Source: an uncultured Candidatus Saccharibacteria bacterium (GTDB taxonomy: Bacteria > Patescibacteriota > Minisyncoccia > Phycocordibacterales > UBA2100). Taken from it: a DNA stretch of 30,002 bases. Below the pieces are notes generated by a model. That model had not been told where the DNA came from, ran no database searches, and worked only from the letters and a program-made list of their open reading frames with translations. The stretch spans positions 4,404 to 34,405 of the forward strand of contig CAYPCF010000001.1 in NCBI GenBank assembly GCA_964409155.1, read 5' to 3'. A program made the translations under genes and the position numbers. Each line of letters begins with the position of its first letter. Position 1 is the stretch's first letter. Shown piece by piece: positions 9,148 through 16,944 of this stretch.

Positions 9148-9975
9148 TCAGCGTAATTTTATTAGCGCTTTAAATTCTTCACTTAACATCATTGAAGCCC
9201 ACACGGTTAAGATTACCTTGTTTTTACCTGTCCGCTCATGTATCTGATCAATACTGCAACCGTTAATACGCATGTATGCATGTTCTAAAACTGTCATATA
9301 TGCATCTTTTCCATTACCCGAAACTCTTTTGGGGTCAAACATAAAACCTGTTATAACACGAGTAGCTGTATATGGACAATATTTAAAATCCTTATTAAAT
9401 TGACTGGAGATATATCTAGATAAGCCCATAACTCTTATGTCTTTCTTTAAAGCTAATTCAAGTATCACAGCTACCTTAGATGCGTCTCTTATGTTCTTCC
9501 AAAAAGCGCCCAAGCGTCTCAGCTTGTGAATTTTTGCTGCAGGCCCAGGGTCATGCGCTTCTAATTTATCCACAAACTGAGTAAGCATTGATCGTATTGG
9601 CCGGTAATCTTTGGTATCAATACTCAGATGGTCCGTAATCGCACTGAAACCCAAGCGTTCAATTGTCATAGCTAAAATTACTCTTTTATCCGTGTGTTGT
9701 TTAATAGAATAGCTGCGTGGTATAAAACAACATTCCCGCTCAGTTAATTCTAAAGGCAAATCAATACCATATCTTTGCAAGTAAAAATCACGTATTTGCG
9801 CATCTGTCATATTTTTAAAAGCAATCCATCTTCCTTGTTGAGTATCAAAATATGCGCGTTCCGGATTGGCTACAGGAATAATACTTCTATCTTCTAAATC
9901 TGCAAAAAATGCAGGTTTTACTCTCGGGTCAATGGCTTTTAGAAAAGCTCTTCTTATCGCTTCCATATCATCCAT
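9148..9975 (-). CDS. Hypothetical protein with possible helix-turn-helix segments
   Basis: 275-aa ORF from ATG 9975 (track starts at TTG 9981). C-terminal MRINGCSIDQIHERTGKNKVILTVW is HTH-like. No family recognised. Confidence 0.65.
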   Translation of the reverse strand: MDDMEAIRRAFLKAIDPRVKPAFFADLEDRSIIPVANPERAYFDTQQGRWIAFKNMTDAQIRDFYLQRYGIDLPLELTERECCFIPRSYSIKQHTDKRVILAMTIERLGFSAITDHLSIDTKDYRPIRSMLTQFVDKLEAHDPGPAAKIHKLRRLGAFWKNIRDASKVAVILELALKKDIRVMGLSRYISSQFNKDFKYCPYTATRVITGFMFDPKRVSGNGKDAYMTVLEHAYMRINGCSIDQIHERTGKNKVILTVWASMMLSEEFKALIKLR

Positions 9976-10051
9976 ACGCAATATATAACAGAGAATGCCG
10001 CAAAAAACAAGAAGGCATTAACGACTGCCCCACTTTTTATATAACACAAAT

Positions 10052-10071
10052 TTTAGCGTCGCACAATATAT
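10052..10071 (+). repeat. Direct copy of the dif-like left arm plus spacer
   Basis: TTTAGCGTCGCACAATATAT; 17/19 identical to 9056-9074 and 19/20 identical to 11618-11637. Confidence 0.8.
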
Positions 10072-10096
10072 CAGTAACTGCAAAAACAAGATGGTC

Positions 10097-11368
10097 CTAT
10101 TTCAAAAAATCTATAGGGTTCATGTATGCTTTAAGTGGAGCCACAGGCACGCGTGCTTTTGCGCAATAATGCGTCTTTCTATATTGACCTAAGGGCACGA
10201 CACGCACCGCACTGGCATCATAAACGGTGAAATGTAAATGCGGACCTGTAGTATATCCGGTGTTGCCTGAGTATGCGATAACTTGCCCTGTCCGTACACG
10301 TTGTCCTGCCGATACTTTAATCTTAGACAGATGCGCATAAAGAGTGGCAAGGCCGTTGCCATGTTTTATTAAAACCCATTTACCGTATGAGTAACAACCC
10401 GGATATGCATCTGTGTTGCCGGTTTCCACAACTGAGCCCGCCAAAGCCGCTTTCACAGGAGTCCCTATACCCGCGCCAAGATCTATACCGTTGTGCCCCT
10501 TGCCGTTATATGCTCCGGATTTTGCAAAACGCGTATTGCCAAAATATTGAGTAATCCATACTTTATCCAAAGGCCAATGCAAGACTTTTGATCCGACTTT
10601 TGGAATCAAGTTTGGATTAAAAATATATTTAAGCTTGGCTTCATACTCATGTAATTGCTCCTCAAACTCACGTTTAGCGCGTTTTTTTGCCGCCAAAATT
10701 TTCTGGTAATTTGACTCTTTGTTTTTGGTAAGCCGGATTAAATGCTGTTTTTCACGGCTTGCAATGTCCACAGACTGTTTTTCGGTAGAAAGCTTGGCTT
10801 TTGCTTTCAAAAGCTCAGCTTTGATTTTCTGCAAGTTTTCGGCAGATTGCTCTAACTCTGTTTTCTTTATTTTTAATTCTGCGTTATTTTGTCTGATAAG
10901 CTCCTGGATTTTATTGATATTTTCAAGCTCATTAAGCATGGAAGCAAAATTATTTGAAAGAAGAATCTCTGCCAAGCTTCTATTTTCGTACTGGTTAACC
11001 GTCCTTATAGTCTTGGCAAGAAGCTTTTTGTTTTCTAAGATTTTCTGCTCTTTGTTTTTAACCTGCTTTTTAAGTCGTTGTATTTCTTGCTCTTGTTCTT
11101 TTATCTTATTTTCGGTTAATGAGATTTGTTTTTGTAATTTTTTCCTGGATAATTCTATACTATACAAAGCGTTCTTTAGCGTCTTTTTTTTGCGCGACAC
11201 AGACTGTAACTCTGATTCATATTTACGGATTTCAGCTTCTATCTTCTCAAGCTCTGATTTGGAATCATGTATTTTTGCTTTTAGTTCCTGTACTTTATTT
11301 GCCATCACCGAAGAGGTCATAATAAGAAACAGAACAAAGACAAACAATACCAATTTTCTCTTGCTCAT
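10097..11368 (-). CDS. Coiled-coil M23 family metallopeptidase (EnvC/murein hydrolase activator-like)
   Basis: Signal peptide, long coiled coil, M23 motifs HNGID (HxxxD), TLYAHLS and TTGPHLHF (HxH). Confidence 0.9.
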   Translation of the reverse strand: MSKRKLVLFVFVLFLIMTSSVMANKVQELKAKIHDSKSELEKIEAEIRKYESELQSVSRKKKTLKNALYSIELSRKKLQKQISLTENKIKEQEQEIQRLKKQVKNKEQKILENKKLLAKTIRTVNQYENRSLAEILLSNNFASMLNELENINKIQELIRQNNAELKIKKTELEQSAENLQKIKAELLKAKAKLSTEKQSVDIASREKQHLIRLTKNKESNYQKILAAKKRAKREFEEQLHEYEAKLKYIFNPNLIPKVGSKVLHWPLDKVWITQYFGNTRFAKSGAYNGKGHNGIDLGAGIGTPVKAALAGSVVETGNTDAYPGCYSYGKWVLIKHGNGLATLYAHLSKIKVSAGQRVRTGQVIAYSGNTGYTTGPHLHFTVYDASAVRVVPLGQYRKTHYCAKARVPVAPLKAYMNPIDFLK

Positions 11369-11374
11369 GTTGCT

Positions 11375-11383
11375 ATTATAGCA
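11375..11383 (-). promoter_or_regulatory. Extended -10 promoter, 6 nt before the ATG
   Basis: Minus strand TGCTATAAT-AGCAAC-ATG. Confidence 0.6.
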
Positions 11384-11404
11384 TAACTGTTAAACTCACA
11401 AGTT

Positions 11405-12763
11405 CTATGCGCGCAAGTTAGCTAAAGCATCAATCGCTTTGTGTAGCCTCATGCAGGCTTCATCTTGACCAAGAGCGGCAAGTAAGACAAACGGGTTCGG
11501 TGAACGCTTCTGCCCTGATAACGCATACCTAAGTGGCCAGAGCACATCACCTTTTCCTTCTGTCTCAGCATACGGCATGATCATCTCTTCTACCCCATCT
11601 ACTGTAAGCGTCGTTAATTTAGAGTCGCACAATATATTTATAAGTTTTTGTAAATGTTTTATCGCGGTTTCTTTGTCGCTTTTTTTCCAGATAAGCTCAG
11701 ACGGATCGTAATCTAATTCATCCGCCGACTTCAAAATCCAGTCAAACTCCCCTTGCTTTTCCAACTCTGAAATATCCGCATATACATAAATTCTTTCTTT
11801 TAAGTCACATGCAAGCGCTTCTTTTACCTTATCATCAGATAATCGCTCTTTAAGAGATGGCCCGGCAAATCCTAACAAAGCAGCGTAGAATTCGTCACTT
11901 TCCAAGTTTCGCAGATATTCTCTGTTAATCCATCTCAATTTTTCTTCGTTAAAAACAGCGCCGGCTTTTTGGATGCCGGCCAAATCAAAACTCTCTACCA
12001 GCTCATCTATGGACCATAATTCTTTCTCATCATTGTCTTTACTGCGCCATCCAAGCATCGCCAAGAAATTAACCATCGCCTCCGGCAGATACCCCATCTT
12101 CTTATATTCAAGCACAGAAACCGCGCCATGTCTTTTGGACAACTTACTTTTGTCAGGAGCGAGAATAAATGGTATATGAGCATATTGAGGGCTCTCAAAC
12201 CCGAGGGCTTGTTGTAGTAAAATTTGTCTTGGTGTATTGGAAATACCATCTTCCCCGCGAAGTATATGGGTTATCCCCATATCATAATCATCCACAACAA
12301 CAGCCAGATGATATAACGGGTCGTCTACAGAGCGGGCAATAACAAAATCACCAAGGTCACTTGTGTCCACCTTGATTTCCCCTCTTATCAAATCATTGAA
12401 TGATATTTCTTTGTTCGGGTTCTTGAAGCGTATCACTCTTGCGGTTTTGTCTTTGTTCTCTTCGGCCTCGTATGCAAGACCGCTATCAATCAATTCTAAA
12501 AGGTGTTTTTTATATATATCACTGCGCTCACTCTGACGCTGCAAGTCCCCTTCCCAGTTAATGCCCAACCACTTCAAACCGGCTAAAATATCTTCTTCGT
12601 ATTCCTTTTTACTGCGTTCTTTGTCAGTGTCTTCCATGCGCAGGACCATTTTCCCATTGTAGTGTTTTGCGAAAAGATAATTAAAAAGCGCAGTTCGCGC
12701 AGACCCTACGTGCAAAAGACCGGTTGGGGACGGTGGGAATCTTGTTATGACAGTATTACTCAT
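11405..12763 (-). CDS. gltX: Glutamate--tRNA ligase
   Basis: RFPPSPTGLLHVG (HIGH), LRMEDTDKERS, VVDDYDMGITHILRGED, KLSKR (KMSKS), VLWPLRYALSG. ATG at 12763 preferred. Confidence 0.97.
   Translation of the reverse strand: MSNTVITRFPPSPTGLLHVGSARTALFNYLFAKHYNGKMVLRMEDTDKERSKKEYEEDILAGLKWLGINWEGDLQRQSERSDIYKKHLLELIDSGLAYEAEENKDKTARVIRFKNPNKEISFNDLIRGEIKVDTSDLGDFVIARSVDDPLYHLAVVVDDYDMGITHILRGEDGISNTPRQILLQQALGFESPQYAHIPFILAPDKSKLSKRHGAVSVLEYKKMGYLPEAMVNFLAMLGWRSKDNDEKELWSIDELVESFDLAGIQKAGAVFNEEKLRWINREYLRNLESDEFYAALLGFAGPSLKERLSDDKVKEALACDLKERIYVYADISELEKQGEFDWILKSADELDYDPSELIWKKSDKETAIKHLQKLINILCDSKLTTLTVDGVEEMIMPYAETEGKGDVLWPLRYALSGQKRSPNPFVLLAALGQDEACMRLHKAIDALANLRA
11618..11637 (+). repeat. 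Third direct copy of the dif-like arm, inside gltX
   Basis: TTTAGAGTCGCACAATATAT; 11620-11636 is a 17-nt exact match to 9058-9074. Confidence 0.75.
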
Positions 12764-12781
12764 GCGCAATATTAAAACATA

Positions 12782-13666
12782 TTATTCCGCTTCCTCCAAG
12801 CGCTCTAAAAATTCTTGCAACGGCATCGCTGCGCCGGCTGCAAGTTTATGCCCATTACCTCCACAGGCTTGCGCTAAATCAACAGGATACGGCTTGAAAC
12901 TTTCACTCGCACTCCTAAAAGACAAATTTACCGTATTGCCAAACACTTTGAACATCAGCACCGGCTCTTTGACCTTCTCAGACATAGCATTCCCAAAATC
13001 GCTGACTATCGGCCGTATTGACGCGACATTATATGCTTTGATTTTGTACCCTGAGACATTAAAATGCAGAGCGCTTGCATTTCGCAAATAATAATCTATC
13101 AGCATATTTTGATAATCCAGCACCGGCTGGGCTTTTTTGTATAAGTCGTCAAGATCCGCGTTGATAAATTCAATAAATTTATCTAAATCATCCAGATATA
13201 TTGCAGCGTAACTCTCAATCAGTTTTGACTTTGTTTTGTCTTCATATCTGTAAAGATCACCGTCTTCTATGTGCCATATAAACTTTGGCATCTTTTTGTC
13301 CGGGAAAAGATAGGACCATGTCAACGAAGCGCCGGACTTCTCATTGTCAAATACATAGCGCACATTGTCGTATTCTTTGGCTATCGCGCTGAGATTGTTG
13401 TATTCACCCATATGATGGTCAAGCACGGTCACTGCTGCGCCTGTCTTGGCGAAGTCTCTTACAAACCATGGGTTATCCAACACATACACCTCAACTTGCT
13501 TATTATCGTCCAGCAAATCCAGCACCTCATCTTTAATATCCGCATGCACTGAAGACTTCACCGGGAAAAACCGCGCATCAGGATGTGCCATCTTAAATAC
13601 TGCTGCCGCGCTGGAGCCGTCAAGACATGCTCCATGGTAAGTTACCACTTTCAAGTTATTCTTCAT
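12782..13666 (-). CDS. DHH/DHHA1 phosphoesterase (NrnB/oligoribonuclease-like)
   Basis: YHGACLDG, VLDN, VLDHH, SGASLTW, EDGDLY, C-terminal GNGHKLAAG. ATG 13666 overlaps the murG end by 11 nt; the track's upstream extension lies inside murG. Confidence 0.85.
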   Translation of the reverse strand: MKNNLKVVTYHGACLDGSSAAAVFKMAHPDARFFPVKSSVHADIKDEVLDLLDDNKQVEVYVLDNPWFVRDFAKTGAAVTVLDHHMGEYNNLSAIAKEYDNVRYVFDNEKSGASLTWSYLFPDKKMPKFIWHIEDGDLYRYEDKTKSKLIESYAAIYLDDLDKFIEFINADLDDLYKKAQPVLDYQNMLIDYYLRNASALHFNVSGYKIKAYNVASIRPIVSDFGNAMSEKVKEPVLMFKVFGNTVNLSFRSASESFKPYPVDLAQACGGNGHKLAAGAAMPLQEFLERLEEAE

Positions 13667-14798
13667 GTTGTAAGGCAATTTTAAGTAATATGTCAGCAAT
13701 CTTCCTTGCGGCGTCAGGCTTGGCAAAAGCTTTTGCTGAACGCGCCATTTTCTGCCAGAGAACCGGGTCATTCATTATGCGTCGTATTTCATTTTCCAAG
13801 AGAGTTGCAGTGAGATTGTCCTGTTTGAGAACGGTAGCGGCGCCCGATGCAGAATAAGCAAAAGCGTTGTATGTTTGATCATGTGAGACATCTTCCGGAA
13901 TCGGAATCAATATGCTTGGCAGACCCACGGCGGCTATTTCAAATATCACACCTGAACCTGCGCGTGATATCACAAGGGATGAGACACCGTGCGCCATACG
14001 CAGAGCAAGCGCGGACAAATATCCATATGGCTTATACCTCTCTTTAAACGGAGACGCCTGCAACTTCAAATCAGCCAAAGCTTTGACCTCGTCAAAGTTC
14101 TCAGAGCCTGTCTGATGAATAATCTGATAATCCTTTACCAACTCAAGCAAGGCGTCCATCAAGACATCGTTTACTTTCTTGGCGCCGGTGGAACCTCCGA
14201 GAACAAGCAGTGTCGGAACAGAAGAGTCAAGTTCTAAGAATTCATACGCCCCGTCGCGTACAGGCCTGAATATCTCCGGACGCACAGGATTACCGGTGAG
14301 GATGAATTTTTTACGCTCAACATTCTTTGGGAAGAATTTCAAAACCTCATCATAAGAGATAGCAACGGCTTTTGCCCATTTTGATGCGATTACATTTGCC
14401 TGTCCGGGGTGTGCGTCTGACTCATGTATCACTACAGGTATTCCTAAAAAGCGAGCAGCGACAGTTGTTGGGAACGCCGCATACCCACCTTTGGAAAAAA
14501 CAATATCCGGAAAAATCCTATAAAGTTGCCATGTCGCCTGCAATATCCCAAATGCGGTTTTAAAATAATCAAAAAAATTACGGATTGAAAAATACTTACG
14601 CTTCTTCCCCGCAGCCGCCTTAACAAAACGCATACGCCTTTGCACTAACGCCTCTTGGTCTAAGACAAACGGACCGATATATATCAACTCCGGCTCTATA
14701 ATTTTCTCTGTCTTGGCTATGTGGTTAATCTCATCTGCCACCGCCATCAACGGGTAAAAGTGCCCGCCTGTTCCTCCTCCGGTAAAAACTATCTTCAT
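13656..14798 (-). CDS. murG: Undecaprenyl-PP-MurNAc-pentapeptide GlcNAc transferase MurG
   Basis: TGGGTGGHFYP, KGGYAAFP, HESD, TGNPVR, GGSTGA, SRAGS, HDQTYNA. Confidence 0.95.
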   Translation of the reverse strand: MKIVFTGGGTGGHFYPLMAVADEINHIAKTEKIIEPELIYIGPFVLDQEALVQRRMRFVKAAAGKKRKYFSIRNFFDYFKTAFGILQATWQLYRIFPDIVFSKGGYAAFPTTVAARFLGIPVVIHESDAHPGQANVIASKWAKAVAISYDEVLKFFPKNVERKKFILTGNPVRPEIFRPVRDGAYEFLELDSSVPTLLVLGGSTGAKKVNDVLMDALLELVKDYQIIHQTGSENFDEVKALADLKLQASPFKERYKPYGYLSALALRMAHGVSSLVISRAGSGVIFEIAAVGLPSILIPIPEDVSHDQTYNAFAYSASGAATVLKQDNLTATLLENEIRRIMNDPVLWQKMARSAKAFAKPDAARKIADILLKIALQHEE

Positions 14799-14806
14799 AG
14801 AAAACT

Positions 14807-14815
14807 ATTATAACA
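14807..14815 (-). promoter_or_regulatory. Extended -10 promoter, 8 nt before the murG ATG
   Basis: Minus strand TGTTATAAT-AGTTTTCT-ATG. Confidence 0.55.
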
Positions 14816-14822
14816 AATATAA

Positions 14823-15515
14823 CTATGCGTATCTACCTGTCTGCAAAGCCGCCTTTGCCGCAGCTTGCTCTGACTCTTGCTTTGACTTGCCCTCACCTTC
14901 GGCGATTTTTTGCTCACCCACAAAGACCGCAGAGACAAACTTCTTATCATGGTCAGGACCTGTCTCTTTAAGCAACTTGTATTTCGGTGTGGCGGATTCC
15001 TTCTCCTGCACCAATTCTTGAAACCTGCTTTTTGGGTCTTGCCAAAGTCTTTTTTCCACTATCTCGTCTATTTTATACAAAATGTTCTCAGCAATAAATT
15101 CTTTTGCCTCAGAATAGCCTTTATCAAGATAGACAGCGCCAATCAACGCCTCAAACGCATCCGCCAAGATAAATACCCGCGCGCGCCCCGTGTCTCTCGC
15201 CTCCCCTTTTGACAGCAATAAGTAGTCGTTCATATTCAATTTGAGAGCGGCCTCGTATATGCTCTGAGTGTTTACCAACGCGGCGCGCAAAGCTGTAAGC
15301 TCCCCCTCCGGTTTCTCCGGAAACCTTTTAAACAGGAAATCTGACGACACCAGCTCAAGCACAGCATCACCTAAAAACTCAAGTCTCTCATTGTGCTCGG
15401 GGACAAAACCTTTGTTCTCATTCATAAAAGAACGATGAGCAAAAGCTGTTTTAAGCAATGTTTTATTCTTAAAATTTAAGCCTGCATTTTTCTCAAATTC
15501 TTCAAAGTTTGGCAT
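14823..15515 (-). CDS. rnc: Ribonuclease III
   Basis: NERLEFLGDAVL signature, ADAFEALIGAVYLD, dsRBD (DPKSRFQE, GPDHDKKF, GEGKSKQESEQAAA). Confidence 0.97.
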   Translation of the reverse strand: MPNFEEFEKNAGLNFKNKTLLKTAFAHRSFMNENKGFVPEHNERLEFLGDAVLELVSSDFLFKRFPEKPEGELTALRAALVNTQSIYEAALKLNMNDYLLLSKGEARDTGRARVFILADAFEALIGAVYLDKGYSEAKEFIAENILYKIDEIVEKRLWQDPKSRFQELVQEKESATPKYKLLKETGPDHDKKFVSAVFVGEQKIAEGEGKSKQESEQAAAKAALQTGRYA

Positions 15516-15522
15516 AGTCTTT

Positions 15523-16395
15523 TTATTTATTTAGTAAAATATTAACAGCATTAGAGATAATCTCCAATAAGTCATCATAAAATTTAAGCTCTCGTATGTC
15601 TGCAAGACGAAACCACTTGGCATCATCCAGACCGCCATCGGATTTCAGATGCAAATCATCAAAAGGCACCTGCGTTAGGAAATAATTTACCTTACGCAGG
15701 ACCTTATCACCCTGCTTGTTTTTTGCTTTGTATTGACTTTGCCCCAAGTTATCCTGAACCGATACGATGTCTAAGCCTATCTCCTCTTTTACTTTGCGCT
15801 TGAGCGCCTCTTCATCTGTCTCAGTGTCATGCTTTTTCCCTTTGACTACAGTCCAGTATCCAAATATATCATGCACTACGGCCACATATACATCTTCATC
15901 ATGCTTTGTGTAAGGAAGCGCAGCTATCACATCTTCTGTGCCTGTAATATCACCTTGCTCATCCTTGCCCGGCTCACCCATCTCGGTATATACGGCACCC
16001 AGAACACCGTTGACAAATTTTGAGCTTCTGTCTGAACCAAACTCTTTGGCTAACTCAATAGCCTCATTTATCGCCACTTTATAAGGCACATTATCATGGT
16101 CAGCAAACAAAAGCTCAGAAAGACCTATGCGCAATATATTTCTGTCTATCACCGCTATGCGTTCAAGTGGCCATTGCGGAGCCGCTTTTTGTATGATTTT
16201 GTCAAGATCATTTCTCTTTGCAAGAATTGTCTCAAGCAGTGTCTTGATAAAAGGAAGCAGCTTTGTGTCGCCTGCAAATTCTGCGAAGTTACGCATGAGA
16301 ATATCATCATTGTTTTTACCCCAAAGATTATCACTGTCTATCTCAAACAGTGTCTGAAGAACTATGGCCCTCCCCAATGTTCTACCTTTTAACAT
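15523..16395 (-). CDS. nusB: Transcription antitermination factor NusB fused to a C-terminal Nudix hydrolase domain
   Basis: NusB motifs WPLERIAVIDRNILRIG, VAINEAIELAKEFG, SKFVNGVLG; C-terminal ~140 aa carries a Nudix-box-like GKKHDTETDEEALKRKVKEEIGL. Confidence 0.9.
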   Translation of the reverse strand: MLKGRTLGRAIVLQTLFEIDSDNLWGKNNDDILMRNFAEFAGDTKLLPFIKTLLETILAKRNDLDKIIQKAAPQWPLERIAVIDRNILRIGLSELLFADHDNVPYKVAINEAIELAKEFGSDRSSKFVNGVLGAVYTEMGEPGKDEQGDITGTEDVIAALPYTKHDEDVYVAVVHDIFGYWTVVKGKKHDTETDEEALKRKVKEEIGLDIVSVQDNLGQSQYKAKNKQGDKVLRKVNYFLTQVPFDDLHLKSDGGLDDAKWFRLADIRELKFYDDLLEIISNAVNILLNK

Positions 16396-16402
16396 TGGGC
16401 AT

Positions 16403-16430
16403 ATACTACTATTTTAAAATAAAAAAGCAA
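16403..16430 (-). promoter_or_regulatory. Putative promoter for nusB-rnc (leaderless-type)
   Basis: Minus strand TTGCTT, 16 nt, TAGTAT, 7 nt, ATG. Confidence 0.5.
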
Positions 16431-16452
16431 GAGACTCTTTAAGAGCGCGACA

Positions 16453-16493
16453 AAATAAAAGAGGCGCGGCCTACGGCCGCGCCTCTTTTATTT
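16453..16493. terminator. Intrinsic terminator (bidirectional-type) after rpmF
   Basis: 19-bp perfect inverted repeat AAATAAAAGAGGCGCGGCC-TAC-GGCCGCGCCTCTTTTATTT overlapping the rpmF stop, with U-tracts on both strands. Confidence 0.85.
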
Positions 16494-16856
16494 CTCATCT
16501 TTTTTAGCTGTGCTCTCTTTTTTCTTAGCTCCCGCTCTTTTCGTTGCAGCTTTACTGCTCTTGTTAGATTTCGTTTCGCTCTCTGTCTTTTTATTTTTTT
16601 CTGTCTTTTCTTCCACTTTGTTTGATGAAGCTTCTGTTGTCGCTGTTTTAGCTTGCATTTTCTTTAGCCTTGCCTCTTGTTTCGCCACAACATCAACTAC
16701 CATCTTGCCACGGTAATACCCACACTCGGGGCAAACTCTATGCCTTAGGTGATACGCCCCACAGTTGGCGCACTTGGACAAGCGCGGCTCTTTTATATGA
16801 TGATGGGAACGACGGTTGCCCGTATGCCCTTTTGTTACTCTCATTCTTGATGACAT
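16488..16856 (-). CDS. rpmF: 50S ribosomal protein L32 with a long charged C-terminal tail
   Basis: NRRSHH, CANCG and HRVCPECGYYRG zinc-ribbon motifs, followed by a ~65-aa K/E/T/S/A-rich extension. Confidence 0.93.
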   Translation of the reverse strand: MSSRMRVTKGHTGNRRSHHHIKEPRLSKCANCGAYHLRHRVCPECGYYRGKMVVDVVAKQEARLKKMQAKTATTEASSNKVEEKTEKNKKTESETKSNKSSKAATKRAGAKKKESTAKKDEK

Positions 16857-16864
16857 ATTGCGCT

Positions 16865-16892
16865 ATTATACATTTTTATAGACATTTGGCAA
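16865..16892 (-). promoter_or_regulatory. Promoter for rpmF
   Basis: Minus strand TTGCCA, 16 nt, TATAAT, 8 nt, ATG. Confidence 0.6.
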
Positions 16893-16944
16893 GTAGTATC
16901 CACCCACAAAACTCGATACCGAACTAATTGTGCGCAGGATTAAA

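Noticed and set aside
9008-9247. 79-aa plus-strand ORF spanning the dif-like site
   Set aside because: TTG start, Tyr/Ile-rich low-information sequence, overlaps the convergent ORF; better explained as non-coding.
10719-11381. 220-aa plus-strand ORF opposite the M23 gene
   Set aside because: Phe/Ser/Leu-rich antisense mirror of the Lys/Glu coiled coil.
9056-11637. The repeated 13-20-mer as a CRISPR array or DGR template/variable repeat pair
   Set aside because: Spacing of ~1.0 and ~1.6 kb is not array-like, no cas or reverse transcriptase gene is present, and mismatches are not adenine-specific.
13667-13771. N-terminal extension of the DHH ORF in the track
   Set aside because: Lies wholly inside murG; ATG 13666 gives the family-typical start and a coupled overlap.
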